Origin: Gemmatimonadales bacterium
Lineage (GTDB): Bacteria > Gemmatimonadota > Gemmatimonadetes > Gemmatimonadales > GWC2-71-9
Assembly (NCBI GenBank): GCA_039794085.1
Contig: JBDIWC010000008.1
Location: 44,845 to 108,844, forward strand
Length of the DNA stretch: 64,000 nt
Direction: 5' to 3'
Positions 18,498 to 27,594 of this stretch are shown one piece after another. The position numbers were made by a program, and so were the translations under genes. How positions within the stretch are numbered: position 1 is the first letter of the stretch; each line of letters opens with the position of its first letter. The notes beneath the pieces were generated by a model. The model did not search any database. It saw nothing but the letters and a program-made list of their open reading frames with translations, and was not told the DNA's origin.

Positions 18498-19793
18498 CTA
18501 CCGTGGGCTCAAATATCGCGACCAGGACGGCAGCCGCGCCACTCCGGGTGTCGGGATCTGCCGCACCCGAAAAGTATCCAGATCGATCACATGCAACTGT
18601 CCCCGACCGGTCCGATCGGACACGAACACCAGATGCCGCCCGTCGGGCGCCCAACTCGGATCCTCGTTCCGCCCGCTGGACGAGAGCTGCCTCGCCTGCC
18701 GCCGGGCGATATCGAAGACCCAGATCTGCGGAGTCCGGGCGGTTTCCCGGTGAAATGCGACCGTGGTACCGTCCGGTGACCACTCGGGGGCATTGGAACT
18801 CCCCGTCCGTCCGAAATCGAACGGGACGAGCAACTCCTGCTGAGTGCCGTCGCTCGCCATGGCATAGATCTGCTGCCCCCCGGCACGCGTCGACACGAAC
18901 CCGATCCGGCGTCCGTCAGGAGAATACGCAGGCGAGAGATTATCCGCAAACGGTCCCGAGGTGAGGCGCTCGACGCAGCACATCTCACCCACATTGACCC
19001 GCACGAGGTTGGTGCCGCGTTCTCCCGACTGGGCAAACACCACGAAGCGACCGTCCGGGGAAAAAACCGGAGTGATGTTGGTCTGGCTGTCGGTGGTGGG
19101 CAGGGTGGCCCGGGACCCCGTGGCCAGGCGCTGCAGCACCACAGACCACCCGGACTCATGCAGGTGGACATAGGCGAACTGACTCCCGTCGGGCGACCAG
19201 GCCGGGCTGAGGGCCGTCTGCCCCCCGGGAGTCATGGGTGTGAGGCCGTACCCATCGCTGTCGATCCGAAAGATCCGGCCTCCGGAAACGAACAGGATCC
19301 GGCTGGCCGCGTACCCGGTGACCCCGGCCCCCCACTGGACGATCTCATCGGCCAGACGGTGAAGGCTCAGGCGGCTCTCTCCGGCTCCGGTCACATCGAG
19401 GGGTCTGGTGACTTCGACCCGGACCTCCCTCCGTTCCACGTCATGAAGCCGGACGTTCACCCCGCTCGCGGCCTCCCGCAGTTCCAGGACAAGGATCGCG
19501 CCCAGGGTCTGGTAGAGCGCGTAGTTGATGGAATCCACGGCGGGGGCGACGATAGTGGAGTCCGACCGGAGAGTGATGACCTCGAATCGATCCGAATAGT
19601 CCAGGTCCCGGGCAAGAATCGTCCGGAGGGAGTCAAGCCGCGGGATGGTGGGAAGAATCACGATGCCCGGACGAGCCCCGGGGCGATATTCGGTACCGAG
19701 AATGATCCGGTCCGGGGTCCGGGTCGTGTCCTGCCCGGCCAGGGGACCGGCCAGTCCGGCCAGGGCCGCCAGCAGGGGAAGGAACCGCCTCAC
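18498..19793 (-). CDS. tolB: Tol-Pal beta-propeller protein TolB
   Basis: Signal peptide, DLDYSDRF, HRLADEI, repeated PD40 motifs (PAWSPDG, PVFSPDG, PEWSPDG). Confidence 0.9.
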   Translation of the reverse strand: MRRFLPLLAALAGLAGPLAGQDTTRTPDRIILGTEYRPGARPGIVILPTIPRLDSLRTILARDLDYSDRFEVITLRSDSTIVAPAVDSINYALYQTLGAILVLELREAASGVNVRLHDVERREVRVEVTRPLDVTGAGESRLSLHRLADEIVQWGAGVTGYAASRILFVSGGRIFRIDSDGYGLTPMTPGGQTALSPAWSPDGSQFAYVHLHESGWSVVLQRLATGSRATLPTTDSQTNITPVFSPDGRFVVFAQSGERGTNLVRVNVGEMCCVERLTSGPFADNLSPAYSPDGRRIGFVSTRAGGQQIYAMASDGTQQELLVPFDFGRTGSSNAPEWSPDGTTVAFHRETARTPQIWVFDIARRQARQLSSSGRNEDPSWAPDGRHLVFVSDRTGRGQLHVIDLDTFRVRQIPTPGVARLPSWSRYLSPR

Positions 19794-20467
19794 GGTGTTG
19801 TCCTTGGCTTGAAGTAGAAGGTGATCGGGAGAGCGTCGGCTTCGAATCCCTCCGGGAGCGGCCCGAAGGCCCCCGCCAGGGCGGCCGCTTCGACGGCGCC
19901 CCGGGCCTCCAAGTCGAAGCTGTAATTCCGGGAGCTCCGGGTCACCTGGATCTCGCGGACCGTCCCGTCACGCAGAATGGTGAAACTGACGTCGGTTCGA
20001 AGAGCCGCATTGCTGACCGGACGGTCCCACCGCCGGAGGATCTGGGTCACGATGTTCTGGAGATACTCGGGAAAGGGAAACGCGAGTCCCTTCAAGTCCA
20101 CCGTGGCCACATCGGATCCGGTGCTCGGGGTTTCCCCCGGGAGCGGAGTTGCCGGGTTGGCCGTGGCGGGGGCGCGCTCCACCGGTTTCGGCGTCGCCTT
20201 GGCAGGTGGAGTCGGGGTCACCGGCTTGATTGCTGGCTTGGGGGGAGGGGCAACGCGCTCCACAGGCCGGGGGACCGCCTCGGCGGCGAGCCGGCGCTGG
20301 GTGGTCGGCGCCGGAGCCGCCGTGAGCTTGACGGCGTAGGTCTGCGGCAGAGGTTGCGACGCGGAAGCCGACCACAGGAGGGCCACCGCGGCCGCGGTGT
20401 GGATTCCCGTGGTCCAGAGGAGCCCCGCCATCAGCTGGCTCCGCTCGAGGGTCCCCTGCCCTGTCAT
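19790..20467 (-). CDS. TolA/TonB-family energy transducer
   Basis: N-terminal TM with His (TGIHTAAA), Pro-rich linker, TonB_C-like domain (FTILRDG...SSRNYSFD). Confidence 0.8.
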   Translation of the reverse strand: MTGQGTLERSQLMAGLLWTTGIHTAAAVALLWSASASQPLPQTYAVKLTAAPAPTTQRRLAAEAVPRPVERVAPPPKPAIKPVTPTPPAKATPKPVERAPATANPATPLPGETPSTGSDVATVDLKGLAFPFPEYLQNIVTQILRRWDRPVSNAALRTDVSFTILRDGTVREIQVTRSSRNYSFDLEARGAVEAAALAGAFGPLPEGFEADALPITFYFKPRTTP

Positions 20468-20898
20468 GGCAGCCGCTCATCCTCCGTCACCAGATTCACA
20501 TCCACCACTCCCGACTCCCGGATGGCAGCCAGCACCCGGACCACCTGCCCGTAGGCGGCACGCCCGTCGGCCCGGAGATAGACCCCATTGGACTGGCGGG
20601 AACGCGCGAGGGCCCCGAAGGTGGAGCGGAAGTCGTTGTAGGAGATCTCGGTGTCGTCCACGAAGATCGTCCCCCGGCGATCGATGCTGACGGTTACCCC
20701 CTCCCGCGGGGAGAGCGGACGCGCCTCGGCCCGAGGCAGCTGCACCTCCACACCGCCCTGCATGATCGGCGCGGTGATCATGAAGATGATGAGCAGCACG
20801 AAAGCCACGTCCACCAGGGACGTCACGTTGATGTCCGCCGAAGGGGTGAGCCCCCGTCTCCGGCCTCCCCCGAGGTGCCCCTGCCCGACGCCCGCCAT
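20464..20898 (-). CDS. tolR: TolR/ExbD
   Basis: INVTSLVDVAFVLLIIFMITAP, LRADGRAAYGQVV. Confidence 0.9.
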   Translation of the reverse strand: MAGVGQGHLGGGRRRGLTPSADINVTSLVDVAFVLLIIFMITAPIMQGGVEVQLPRAEARPLSPREGVTVSIDRRGTIFVDDTEISYNDFRSTFGALARSRQSNGVYLRADGRAAYGQVVRVLAAIRESGVVDVNLVTEDERLP

Positions 20899-21605
20899 CA
20901 GATCAGGCCCTCCCGGGCCATCCATCCGATGAGTTCATTCCCGAAACCCTCCAGCTCTCCCTCCAGGCGCGAGATCCGGCTCGCGAAATAGTTGTACGCC
21001 ATCACGGCGGGGATCGCCGCCGCCAGCCCGGCCACGGTGGTCACCAGGGCTTCCGCCACCCCGGGGGCCACGGCGGCCATGTTGCTCGACCCCCCCGTCG
21101 AGATCCCGATGAATGAACGCATCACCCCGAGCACCGTTCCCAGGAGACCGAGCAGGGGACTGACCGATCCAATGGTGGCCAGCCAGGTGATGTAGTGCGA
21201 TACATGGTCCCGTTCGGACGCCACCTCCTTGCCGAGCACCATCTTCAGGGCCTCGAGCTGGCTCTCCGACAGGGTGTGACGGGCCGTGTCCGCTTCGGTC
21301 AGCGCTCCGGGACGGAGCTCGGAGTAGAAGGTGATTCCCTCCCGGAAAAGGCGATTGTAGGGAGAGGGAGGAAGCTTCATGGCCGCCCGGTAGGCGTCAT
21401 TGAGACGGGGAGACCTCTCCAGTTCCTCGAAGAACCGCGTGGCCTGTCCCCCGAGACGCCTCATCTGCCACCATTTCCACCCGATCAAAAACCAGGAGGC
21501 GAAGGAGAACACCGCGATCGTGATCAATACGATCCGGGTCTCGGTGTTGGCGGTCAGAATGAGTTCCGCCGCGGACGACGGGAGCGGGCCTGGCGCCTGC
21601 AGCAT
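20898..21605 (-). CDS. tolQ: TolQ/ExbB proton channel
   Basis: LATIGSVSPLLGLLGTVLG, VAPGVAEALVTT..GLAAAIPA; start uncertain (21605 chosen). Confidence 0.88.
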   Translation of the reverse strand: MLQAPGPLPSSAAELILTANTETRIVLITIAVFSFASWFLIGWKWWQMRRLGGQATRFFEELERSPRLNDAYRAAMKLPPSPYNRLFREGITFYSELRPGALTEADTARHTLSESQLEALKMVLGKEVASERDHVSHYITWLATIGSVSPLLGLLGTVLGVMRSFIGISTGGSSNMAAVAPGVAEALVTTVAGLAAAIPAVMAYNYFASRISRLEGELEGFGNELIGWMAREGLI

Positions 21606-21726
21606 GGGCGGTCCTGGCGAAGGGTCCGGAACAACGACGAGTGCTGCCCGGTAAGATAGCATCACCCGGCCGGCATCCGGCACAGGCAACGTTGAACCCG
21701 TCCCGATCCACACGGCTCATGCCAAA

Positions 21727-21757
21727 CATCCCGATCCCCCTGAGGGGGACCGGGATG
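21727..21757 (-). terminator. Stem-loop downstream of LysM gene
   Basis: Minus strand CATCCCGGTCCCCC-TCA-GGGGGATCGGGATG followed by TTT. Confidence 0.6.
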
Positions 21758-21780
21758 AGGACGTGCGCACCCAGGTGACT

Positions 21781-22872
21781 TCAGCTGGGCAGCTTGGCGA
21801 CCTGCCGAGCCAGGGTCTGCGGAGGGATGTCCGGGGAAACGACATGGAGCAGGAGGAGGGTGGCGGACCGACTCCGGACATGGACCACCTGACCCACCGC
21901 CATCAGTTCGTCAATGGTGTCCGCCGCACGAATGCGAGGTCCCGCTTCCCGGCGAATCTCGAAAAGGTCTCCCTCGGCCACTCCGGCGTCCCGGCCGATG
22001 TCGATGAAGAGCACGTTCTGGAGGTGCTTGAGGACGCGGAGCTCCCGCCCTCCGATGACCCGTCCCTCGATGCCATTCTCGACGGGAGCCGCCCGTGACG
22101 ATCCCGGTCCGGGGAAACGCCCCGCCGGCAGGACCACCTGACCATTCTCGATGGCGCCGTACATGGCCACCACCTCTGCCACGTACTGATCGTTGTTCGT
22201 TCCCGTGACCCGGGCAAGACCGGTGGGAACGACGATGTCCCCGTACCCTCGCTCGGCGACTTCCAGGCGGGCCACCACCAGGGAATCCCCCGGTGCATAG
22301 GTGGCGCCATCCGGAGGGCGAATCCCGACGATGGAGTGAAGCGTGATGGTCCCGCGATTCGAAATCGACCGGATCTGCGGCGGGGTGACCGGGCCGAGGA
22401 GCCGTCCCAGGGGAAGCCGCTCCCCTTCGGTCAGGAATCCGGAGGAGAAGAACTCACCGGGCCGGAGAGGGCGGTATTCATCGTCGATCGCCACCCGAAG
22501 CGAGATGTCGGAGGAGGTGGGGCGACGCTGTTGCCAGAAGGGGACCCCGTCAACCGGGGCCTCTTCGGTCCGGACGGCCTGAACCTCGTCGCCCGGCGCA
22601 TCCGGTACGGCGGAGGGTTGGTCTCCGCCCGGGACCAGGCGCAGCACTTCGCCGGGATAAATCCAGTGCGGATCCTCCACGATATCCGTGTTGAGCCGAA
22701 AGATCTGGGGCCAGAGGAAGGGGTCGCCCAGATACCGACCGGCGAGGTCCCACAGGGTGTCCCCCCGACGCACGGTGTGCGTGGCGGGAATGTCCTGCGC
22801 CGCGGCAGGAGTGGCCGCGACCATGGCCACTCCCACTCCCAGCGCGATCAGACTAGAACGGCAGATCGTCAT
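21781..22872 (-). CDS. LysM-domain secreted protein, TsaP-like
   Basis: Signal peptide ending AAA-Q; LysM HTVRRGDTLWDLAGRYLGDPFLWPQI...DPHWIYPG; C-terminal FIDIGRDAGVAEGD beta domain. Confidence 0.8.
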   Translation of the reverse strand: MTICRSSLIALGVGVAMVAATPAAAQDIPATHTVRRGDTLWDLAGRYLGDPFLWPQIFRLNTDIVEDPHWIYPGEVLRLVPGGDQPSAVPDAPGDEVQAVRTEEAPVDGVPFWQQRRPTSSDISLRVAIDDEYRPLRPGEFFSSGFLTEGERLPLGRLLGPVTPPQIRSISNRGTITLHSIVGIRPPDGATYAPGDSLVVARLEVAERGYGDIVVPTGLARVTGTNNDQYVAEVVAMYGAIENGQVVLPAGRFPGPGSSRAAPVENGIEGRVIGGRELRVLKHLQNVLFIDIGRDAGVAEGDLFEIRREAGPRIRAADTIDELMAVGQVVHVRSRSATLLLLHVVSPDIPPQTLARQVAKLPS

Positions 22873-23326
22873 CCTCGGCATCCAGTGCCTCCGGGAAATC
22901 GTCGAACGACTCGTCCTTCCGGGCGGGGGTTGTCGCCATGCGAGGTGACGAACCCGCATCACTCCCCCCATCAGCGCCCCCCCGACCGGAGAGAAGGATC
23001 AACTCCCGGGCGATGATCTCCGTCGTGTACCGGGTCTGGCCTTCGCGATCCTGCCACGACCGGTACTCGATGCTCCCCTCGACGTAGATCTTGTCGCCCT
23101 TCTTGCAGTACTTCTCCACGATGTCGGCCAGGCCCGACCCCTTGTTGTTCCAGAAGATGATCCGGTGCCACTCGGTTTTTTCCTGGCGTTCACCATTCTG
23201 GTTCTTCCATTGCCGGCTGGTGGCCAGCGACAGGTTCGCCACCTTGGAACCTGTTGAAGTAGTGCGGACTTCGGGATCCGCCCCCAAATTGCCAATAAGG
23301 GTGGCTTTGTTCAGACTGCGGCTCAT
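22853..23326 (-). CDS. ssb: Single-stranded DNA-binding protein
   Basis: LNKATLIGNLGADPE, KTEWH, acidic tail DDDLPF; GGAGG RBS. Confidence 0.97.
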   Translation of the reverse strand: MSRSLNKATLIGNLGADPEVRTTSTGSKVANLSLATSRQWKNQNGERQEKTEWHRIIFWNNKGSGLADIVEKYCKKGDKIYVEGSIEYRSWQDREGQTRYTTEIIARELILLSGRGGADGGSDAGSSPRMATTPARKDESFDDFPEALDAEDDDLPF

Positions 23327-23377
23327 GGTGTCCTCCAGGGTGGAAAACTGGGTCAGAACAGCTTGGGACCCGAACAC

Positions 23378-23405
23378 AGTATAGCGTTCTAAGTTATTTT
23401 GTCAA
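23378..23405 (-). promoter_or_regulatory. Near-consensus sigma70 promoter of ssb
   Basis: TTGACA-16 nt-TATACT in an AT-rich patch. Confidence 0.75.
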
Positions 23406-23431
23406 CCAAAGATACGCCATCCGGACCGAAT

Positions 23432-23893
23432 CTACGCGTGCCCTTCCAGCACCCTGCGGAGGACCAGAGCATCCTCTGTCGGATGATCATAGTAGGCACG
23501 TCGCATGCCAACCCTTTCGAACCCGTTGCGTTGGTACAACACAACGGCGGTTCGGTTCGACTCCCGCACCTCGAGATAGATCTCCCGCGACCCGGCCGCC
23601 TCCAGCCGTGACACCCCCTCCTCCAGGAGGGCCTGTCCCACACCCGCGCCACGGGAGGCGGGATCGACGGCAAGGTTCAAGATCTCGCTCGTGCCGGAGA
23701 TGTCGCGGGCCAGGAGGTAACCCAGGATCCCCTCCCTCCCGACGGCCCCGAGGGCCACGAGATGCCCCCCTTCGGCGAGGAGTTCCACGAAGCTTCTCTC
23801 GCTCCAGGGATCGGAGAAACTCCGACGTTCGATGACCGCCACCTCCGGCAGGTCACGTCGCGACAGATCACGGATGCGGAAAGGGTCGCCCAT
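23432..23893 (-). CDS. rimI: Ribosomal protein S18 alanine N-acetyltransferase
   Basis: FSDPWS, EILNLAV..RGAGVG, LEVRESN..A..LY..GF..RRAYY..EDAL. Confidence 0.9.
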   Translation of the reverse strand: MGDPFRIRDLSRRDLPEVAVIERRSFSDPWSERSFVELLAEGGHLVALGAVGREGILGYLLARDISGTSEILNLAVDPASRGAGVGQALLEEGVSRLEAAGSREIYLEVRESNRTAVVLYQRNGFERVGMRRAYYDHPTEDALVLRRVLEGHA

Positions 23894-24602
23894 GGCTCTC
23901 CTCCCATCGAACCTGGGCCTCGGCCGGGCGACCGTACTGGGGCTCCCAGACGGACGGATCATGGACGGTCAGCAAGGCCCCCGGAACGCGGTCGAGCTCG
24001 AGCAGGTCCGCGGCATTCCCCTCACCCTCCACGACACTTTCGACCGCCGGCCATCCCTCTCCACATCCTCCCACACCAGTTCCCCCGATGCTGTTCGCAA
24101 AGGCGCCCGCTCCGGTCAGTCCATCGCACCCCGACTCGCGGAGCAGAACGGCCGCGGTCGTCACGGTCGGAGAGGCGAGCACCGCGAACTCGTCACCCGG
24201 CCCGAACCGGTAATCGCCGGCGTAGAGTTCCCCTCGCAGCGCGGATCGAACAGCCCGTACCCGAAAAGACCCCGTCCGCTCCCGCGATCGTGCGAGGTGC
24301 CAGGCATCCAGCAGAAGGAGGGAGGCCACTCGCAGCGGATGGTTGGTCCCGGCCAGGAGCGCCTTGGCCACACTGGCACCCACCCGCAATCCCGTGAAGC
24401 TCCCCGGACCATCCGCCACCCGCACCTCGCCAATCATGGCACGATCGGCCCCGATCGCCTCGAGGGTCTGATCCAGGAGGGACAGGATTCCCTTGCCATG
24501 GATCCGCGCCCCGTCGGCGGTCCGGACCTCGGAGGCCCCGCCCGGCTGGCGTGCCGCCACGGAGAGCCGGTCTGTTGCCGTATGAAGCGCCACCGTGATC
24601 AT
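23868..24602 (-). CDS. tsaB: t6A biosynthesis protein TsaB
   Basis: ALHTAT, GPGSFTGLRVG, A.RGELY, EPQYGR; ATG 24602 overlaps tsaE stop. Confidence 0.85.
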   Translation of the reverse strand: MITVALHTATDRLSVAARQPGGASEVRTADGARIHGKGILSLLDQTLEAIGADRAMIGEVRVADGPGSFTGLRVGASVAKALLAGTNHPLRVASLLLLDAWHLARSRERTGSFRVRAVRSALRGELYAGDYRFGPGDEFAVLASPTVTTAAVLLRESGCDGLTGAGAFANSIGGTGVGGCGEGWPAVESVVEGEGNAADLLELDRVPGALLTVHDPSVWEPQYGRPAEAQVRWEESHGRPFPHP

Positions 24603-25036
24603 GTCACCTCCACCGCTCTTCGGTCGGGATCGTCGACGTGCGACAGCCGGATCGTGTGCGTGGGACCGGGAACCCACCCCACTCCCCGTTCCGGCCACTC
24701 CACCAGAACGGCCCGGGCGTGTGCCATCGTCTCCCACTCCAGTTCGGATGCCTCCTCGGGATCGCGCAGGCGATAGCAATCGAGGTGGTAGACGGGTGCG
24801 CCTCCACCCGAACCGGGATAGCGGTGCACCAGGGTGTACGTGGGCGAGGACCCCCAGCCGGTCCCCTCCCCCATCGGCGATTCCACTCCGAGGCCTTCGA
24901 GAAGGGCGCGGGCGAGGGTCGTTTTCCCCGCGCCGAGATCTCCGACCAGCCACACAACACTGCCGGCGGGGAGATCGCGACCGGTGTCCCTCCCCCAGCG
25001 CCGCAGTTCCTCTTCGGTCAGGTGCGGCTCGGTCAT
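24599..25036 (-). CDS. tsaE: t6A biosynthesis ATPase TsaE
   Basis: [27 protein letters not shown]. Confidence 0.93.
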   Translation of the reverse strand: MTEPHLTEEELRRWGRDTGRDLPAGSVVWLVGDLGAGKTTLARALLEGLGVESPMGEGTGWGSSPTYTLVHRYPGSGGGAPVYHLDCYRLRDPEEASELEWETMAHARAVLVEWPERGVGWVPGPTHTIRLSHVDDPDRRAVEVT

Positions 25037-27105
25037 CGCCGGTGGCGCCCCCCCCCTCCGCCGCCCATGCTCCGGGCGGGACGTTGGGTCGCCCACGGCC
25101 GCGGTCGGTCCGGGGCATCGAGGGCCCGGAGATCATTCAGCTGATCGCGCAGGAGGGCCGCGACCTCGAACTCCAGATTGAGGGCGGCCTCCTTCATTTC
25201 CTGTTCGAGGGCGGCCATCGCGGCGGCCCGCTGGGCTGGATCGCGGAGGTTGGGAGCGGGCGTGCTCCGGGCCGCCGCCCGGCCGAGCCGGGCATCCGCC
25301 ACGGGGGTCGAGCGCCGGACCTGATCGAGGGACTTCACGATCGAGGTCGGCGTGATCCCGTGCTGCCGGTTCCATTCCTCCTGTCGCGCCCGGCGCCGAT
25401 CCATTTCGGCCATTGCGCGCTCCATCGACCCCGTGATCCTGTCGGCATACAGGATGGCACGACCATGGATATGACGGGCCGCCCGGCCGACCGTTTGGAT
25501 CAGGGATCGTTCCGATCGGAGGAACCCCTCGGTGTCCGCGTCGAGAATCGCCACGAGGGACACCTCCGGGAGGTCGAGTCCCTCCCGGAGGAGGTTGATA
25601 CCCACGAGCACGTCGAAGTCGCCGAGCCGGAGGGAGCGGAGGATCTCCACGCGCTCGATGGCGTCGATGTCGGAATGGAGATACCGAACCCGCACGCCGG
25701 CTTGCTGGAGAAAATCGGTCAGATCCTCGGACATCCGCTTGGTCAGGGTCGTCACGAGGACCCGCTCCTGCTGAACGACACGCGCGCGAATCTCGCCGAG
25801 GAGATCGTCCACCTGGCCGCGCACCGGGCGCACCTCCACGGGGGGATCCACCAGCCCGGTCGGCCGGATGATCTGCTCCACGACCTCGCCACCGGAGAGC
25901 CGGAGCTCGAGATCTCCGGGCGTGGCCGAGACATTGATCACCTGAGGGACGAGGGCGAGAAATTCGTCGAAGGTCTGGGGTCGGTTGTCGAGTGCCGAGG
26001 GCAGGCGGAACCCGTACTCGACCAGGGTCAGTTTCCGTGCCCGGTCCCCATTGTACATCCCGCCAATCTGTGGGAGAGTGACGTGAGATTCGTCCACCAC
26101 CACCACGTACTCCGGGGGCATGTAGTCCAGGAGACAGGCCGGTCGCTCCCCCTCGGCCCGGCCGGTCAGATGCCGAGAGTAGTTTTCCACTCCCGGGCAG
26201 GTGCCGATCTCCAGCAACATCTCCAGATCGAAGGTCGTGCGCGCCTCCAGGCGTTGCGCCTCGAGCAGCTTCCCCGCCCCGCGGAGCTCGGTCAGGCGCT
26301 CCCGCAGCTCCGCCCGGATCAACCCCACGGCCCGCTCCACGGCGGGTCGTTCGGTCACGAAGTGCGTGGCCGGAAGGATCCCGCACCGATCCAGCTGGGC
26401 GATCGTGGTGCCCGTGAGGGGGTCGATCTTGCTGATCCGTTCCACCGAGTCGCCCCACAGCTCGATGCGGACGGCCTGGTCCTCGTAGGCGGGAAAGATC
26501 TCCACCGTGTCGCCGCGCACGCGAAAGGTTCCCCGCTCCAGGCTCATGTCGTTCCGGTGGTACTGGATCGCGATCAGGTCCCCCAGGATCGCATCGCGCC
26601 CGCGTTCCTCCCCGACCGTCACGACGGTCATGAGGCTGCGGTAGGAGATCGGATCCCCGAGCCCGTAGATGGCGCTCACCGTGGCCACGATCACCACATC
26701 CTCCCGCTCCATGAGACTCGACGTGGCGCGTAGCCGCAGCCGCTGGATGTCCTCGTTGATGGAGGCATCCTTCTCGATGTAGAGGTCGGTGGAGGGAACG
26801 TAGGCCTCGGGTTGGTAATAGTCGTAGTAGGAGACGAAATACTCGACCGCGTTGCCGGGGAGAAACTGTTTGAGTTCCCCGTAGAGCTGCGCGGCGAGCG
26901 TCTTGTTGTGGGAGAGGACCAGGGTGGGTCGGCCATACCGGGCGATGGTGTGGGCGAGGGTCATCGTCTTGCCGGATCCGGTGACCCCCAGCAAGGTCTG
27001 ATACCGGTCACCCCGAGCCAGTCCCCGGGAGAGGGCTTCGATGGCCGCGGGCTGGTCGCCGGCGGGTTGGAAGGGGGCCTCGATCCGGAACGCCTGGGTT
27101 GCCAT
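25033..27105 (-). CDS. uvrB: Excinuclease ABC subunit B
   Basis: [33 protein letters not shown]-terminal UVR domain. Confidence 0.98.
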   Translation of the reverse strand: MATQAFRIEAPFQPAGDQPAAIEALSRGLARGDRYQTLLGVTGSGKTMTLAHTIARYGRPTLVLSHNKTLAAQLYGELKQFLPGNAVEYFVSYYDYYQPEAYVPSTDLYIEKDASINEDIQRLRLRATSSLMEREDVVIVATVSAIYGLGDPISYRSLMTVVTVGEERGRDAILGDLIAIQYHRNDMSLERGTFRVRGDTVEIFPAYEDQAVRIELWGDSVERISKIDPLTGTTIAQLDRCGILPATHFVTERPAVERAVGLIRAELRERLTELRGAGKLLEAQRLEARTTFDLEMLLEIGTCPGVENYSRHLTGRAEGERPACLLDYMPPEYVVVVDESHVTLPQIGGMYNGDRARKLTLVEYGFRLPSALDNRPQTFDEFLALVPQVINVSATPGDLELRLSGGEVVEQIIRPTGLVDPPVEVRPVRGQVDDLLGEIRARVVQQERVLVTTLTKRMSEDLTDFLQQAGVRVRYLHSDIDAIERVEILRSLRLGDFDVLVGINLLREGLDLPEVSLVAILDADTEGFLRSERSLIQTVGRAARHIHGRAILYADRITGSMERAMAEMDRRRARQEEWNRQHGITPTSIVKSLDQVRRSTPVADARLGRAAARSTPAPNLRDPAQRAAAMAALEQEMKEAALNLEFEVAALLRDQLNDLRALDAPDRPRPWATQRPARSMGGGGGGRHRR

Positions 27106-27112
27106 GGCGGAG

Positions 27113-27118
27113 AATATA
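27113..27118 (-). promoter_or_regulatory. Candidate leaderless -10 element for uvrB
   Basis: TATATT 7 nt before ATG, no SD. Confidence 0.45.
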
Positions 27119-27159
27119 ACGGGGAGATCTCGGTATTTCTTCGGGACACGGAGGACGGG

Positions 27160-27573
27160 TCAGCCGGCCCCCGCAAGCTCCAGCAGGGCCCTCCACTGGT
27201 CGCGGGACACGGGGACCACCGAGAGCCGGCCCTGTCGGACGAGACCGAGGTTGGCACACCGCGGATCCGCCTTGACGTCCGCGAGGGAAACCGGGCGGGG
27301 CAACGGTGCCCCCGCCGCGATGTCCACGACCGTCGCCTTCGGATCCTCCCCGGCCGGGTCGGTATACGGGGGAGAGGAGACCCGTGCCAGCCCCACGATC
27401 CGGCGCTCCGATCCGGTGTGATAGATCATCAGCTCATCGCCGGGTTGCATGGATCGCAGGTGGGTGCGCGCCACCGGGTTGGCGATGCCATCCCACCGGG
27501 TCATGCCCTCACGGGCCAGATCGGCGAACGAGAAGGTGCCCGGCTCCGTCTTCAGAATCCAATACTGGGTCAT
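27160..27573 (-). CDS. EVE domain protein
   Basis: YWILKTEP..FSFADL, WDGIAN..AR, YHTG, RLSVVPV...W. Confidence 0.9.
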   Translation of the reverse strand: MTQYWILKTEPGTFSFADLAREGMTRWDGIANPVARTHLRSMQPGDELMIYHTGSERRIVGLARVSSPPYTDPAGEDPKATVVDIAAGAPLPRPVSLADVKADPRCANLGLVRQGRLSVVPVSRDQWRALLELAGAG

Positions 27574-27594
27574 GGCATCCTCGCGGTGGTCGGG

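Noticed and set aside
23432..25036. tsaE-tsaB-rimI lacking tsaD
   Set aside because: tsaD is frequently unlinked; ordinary gene order
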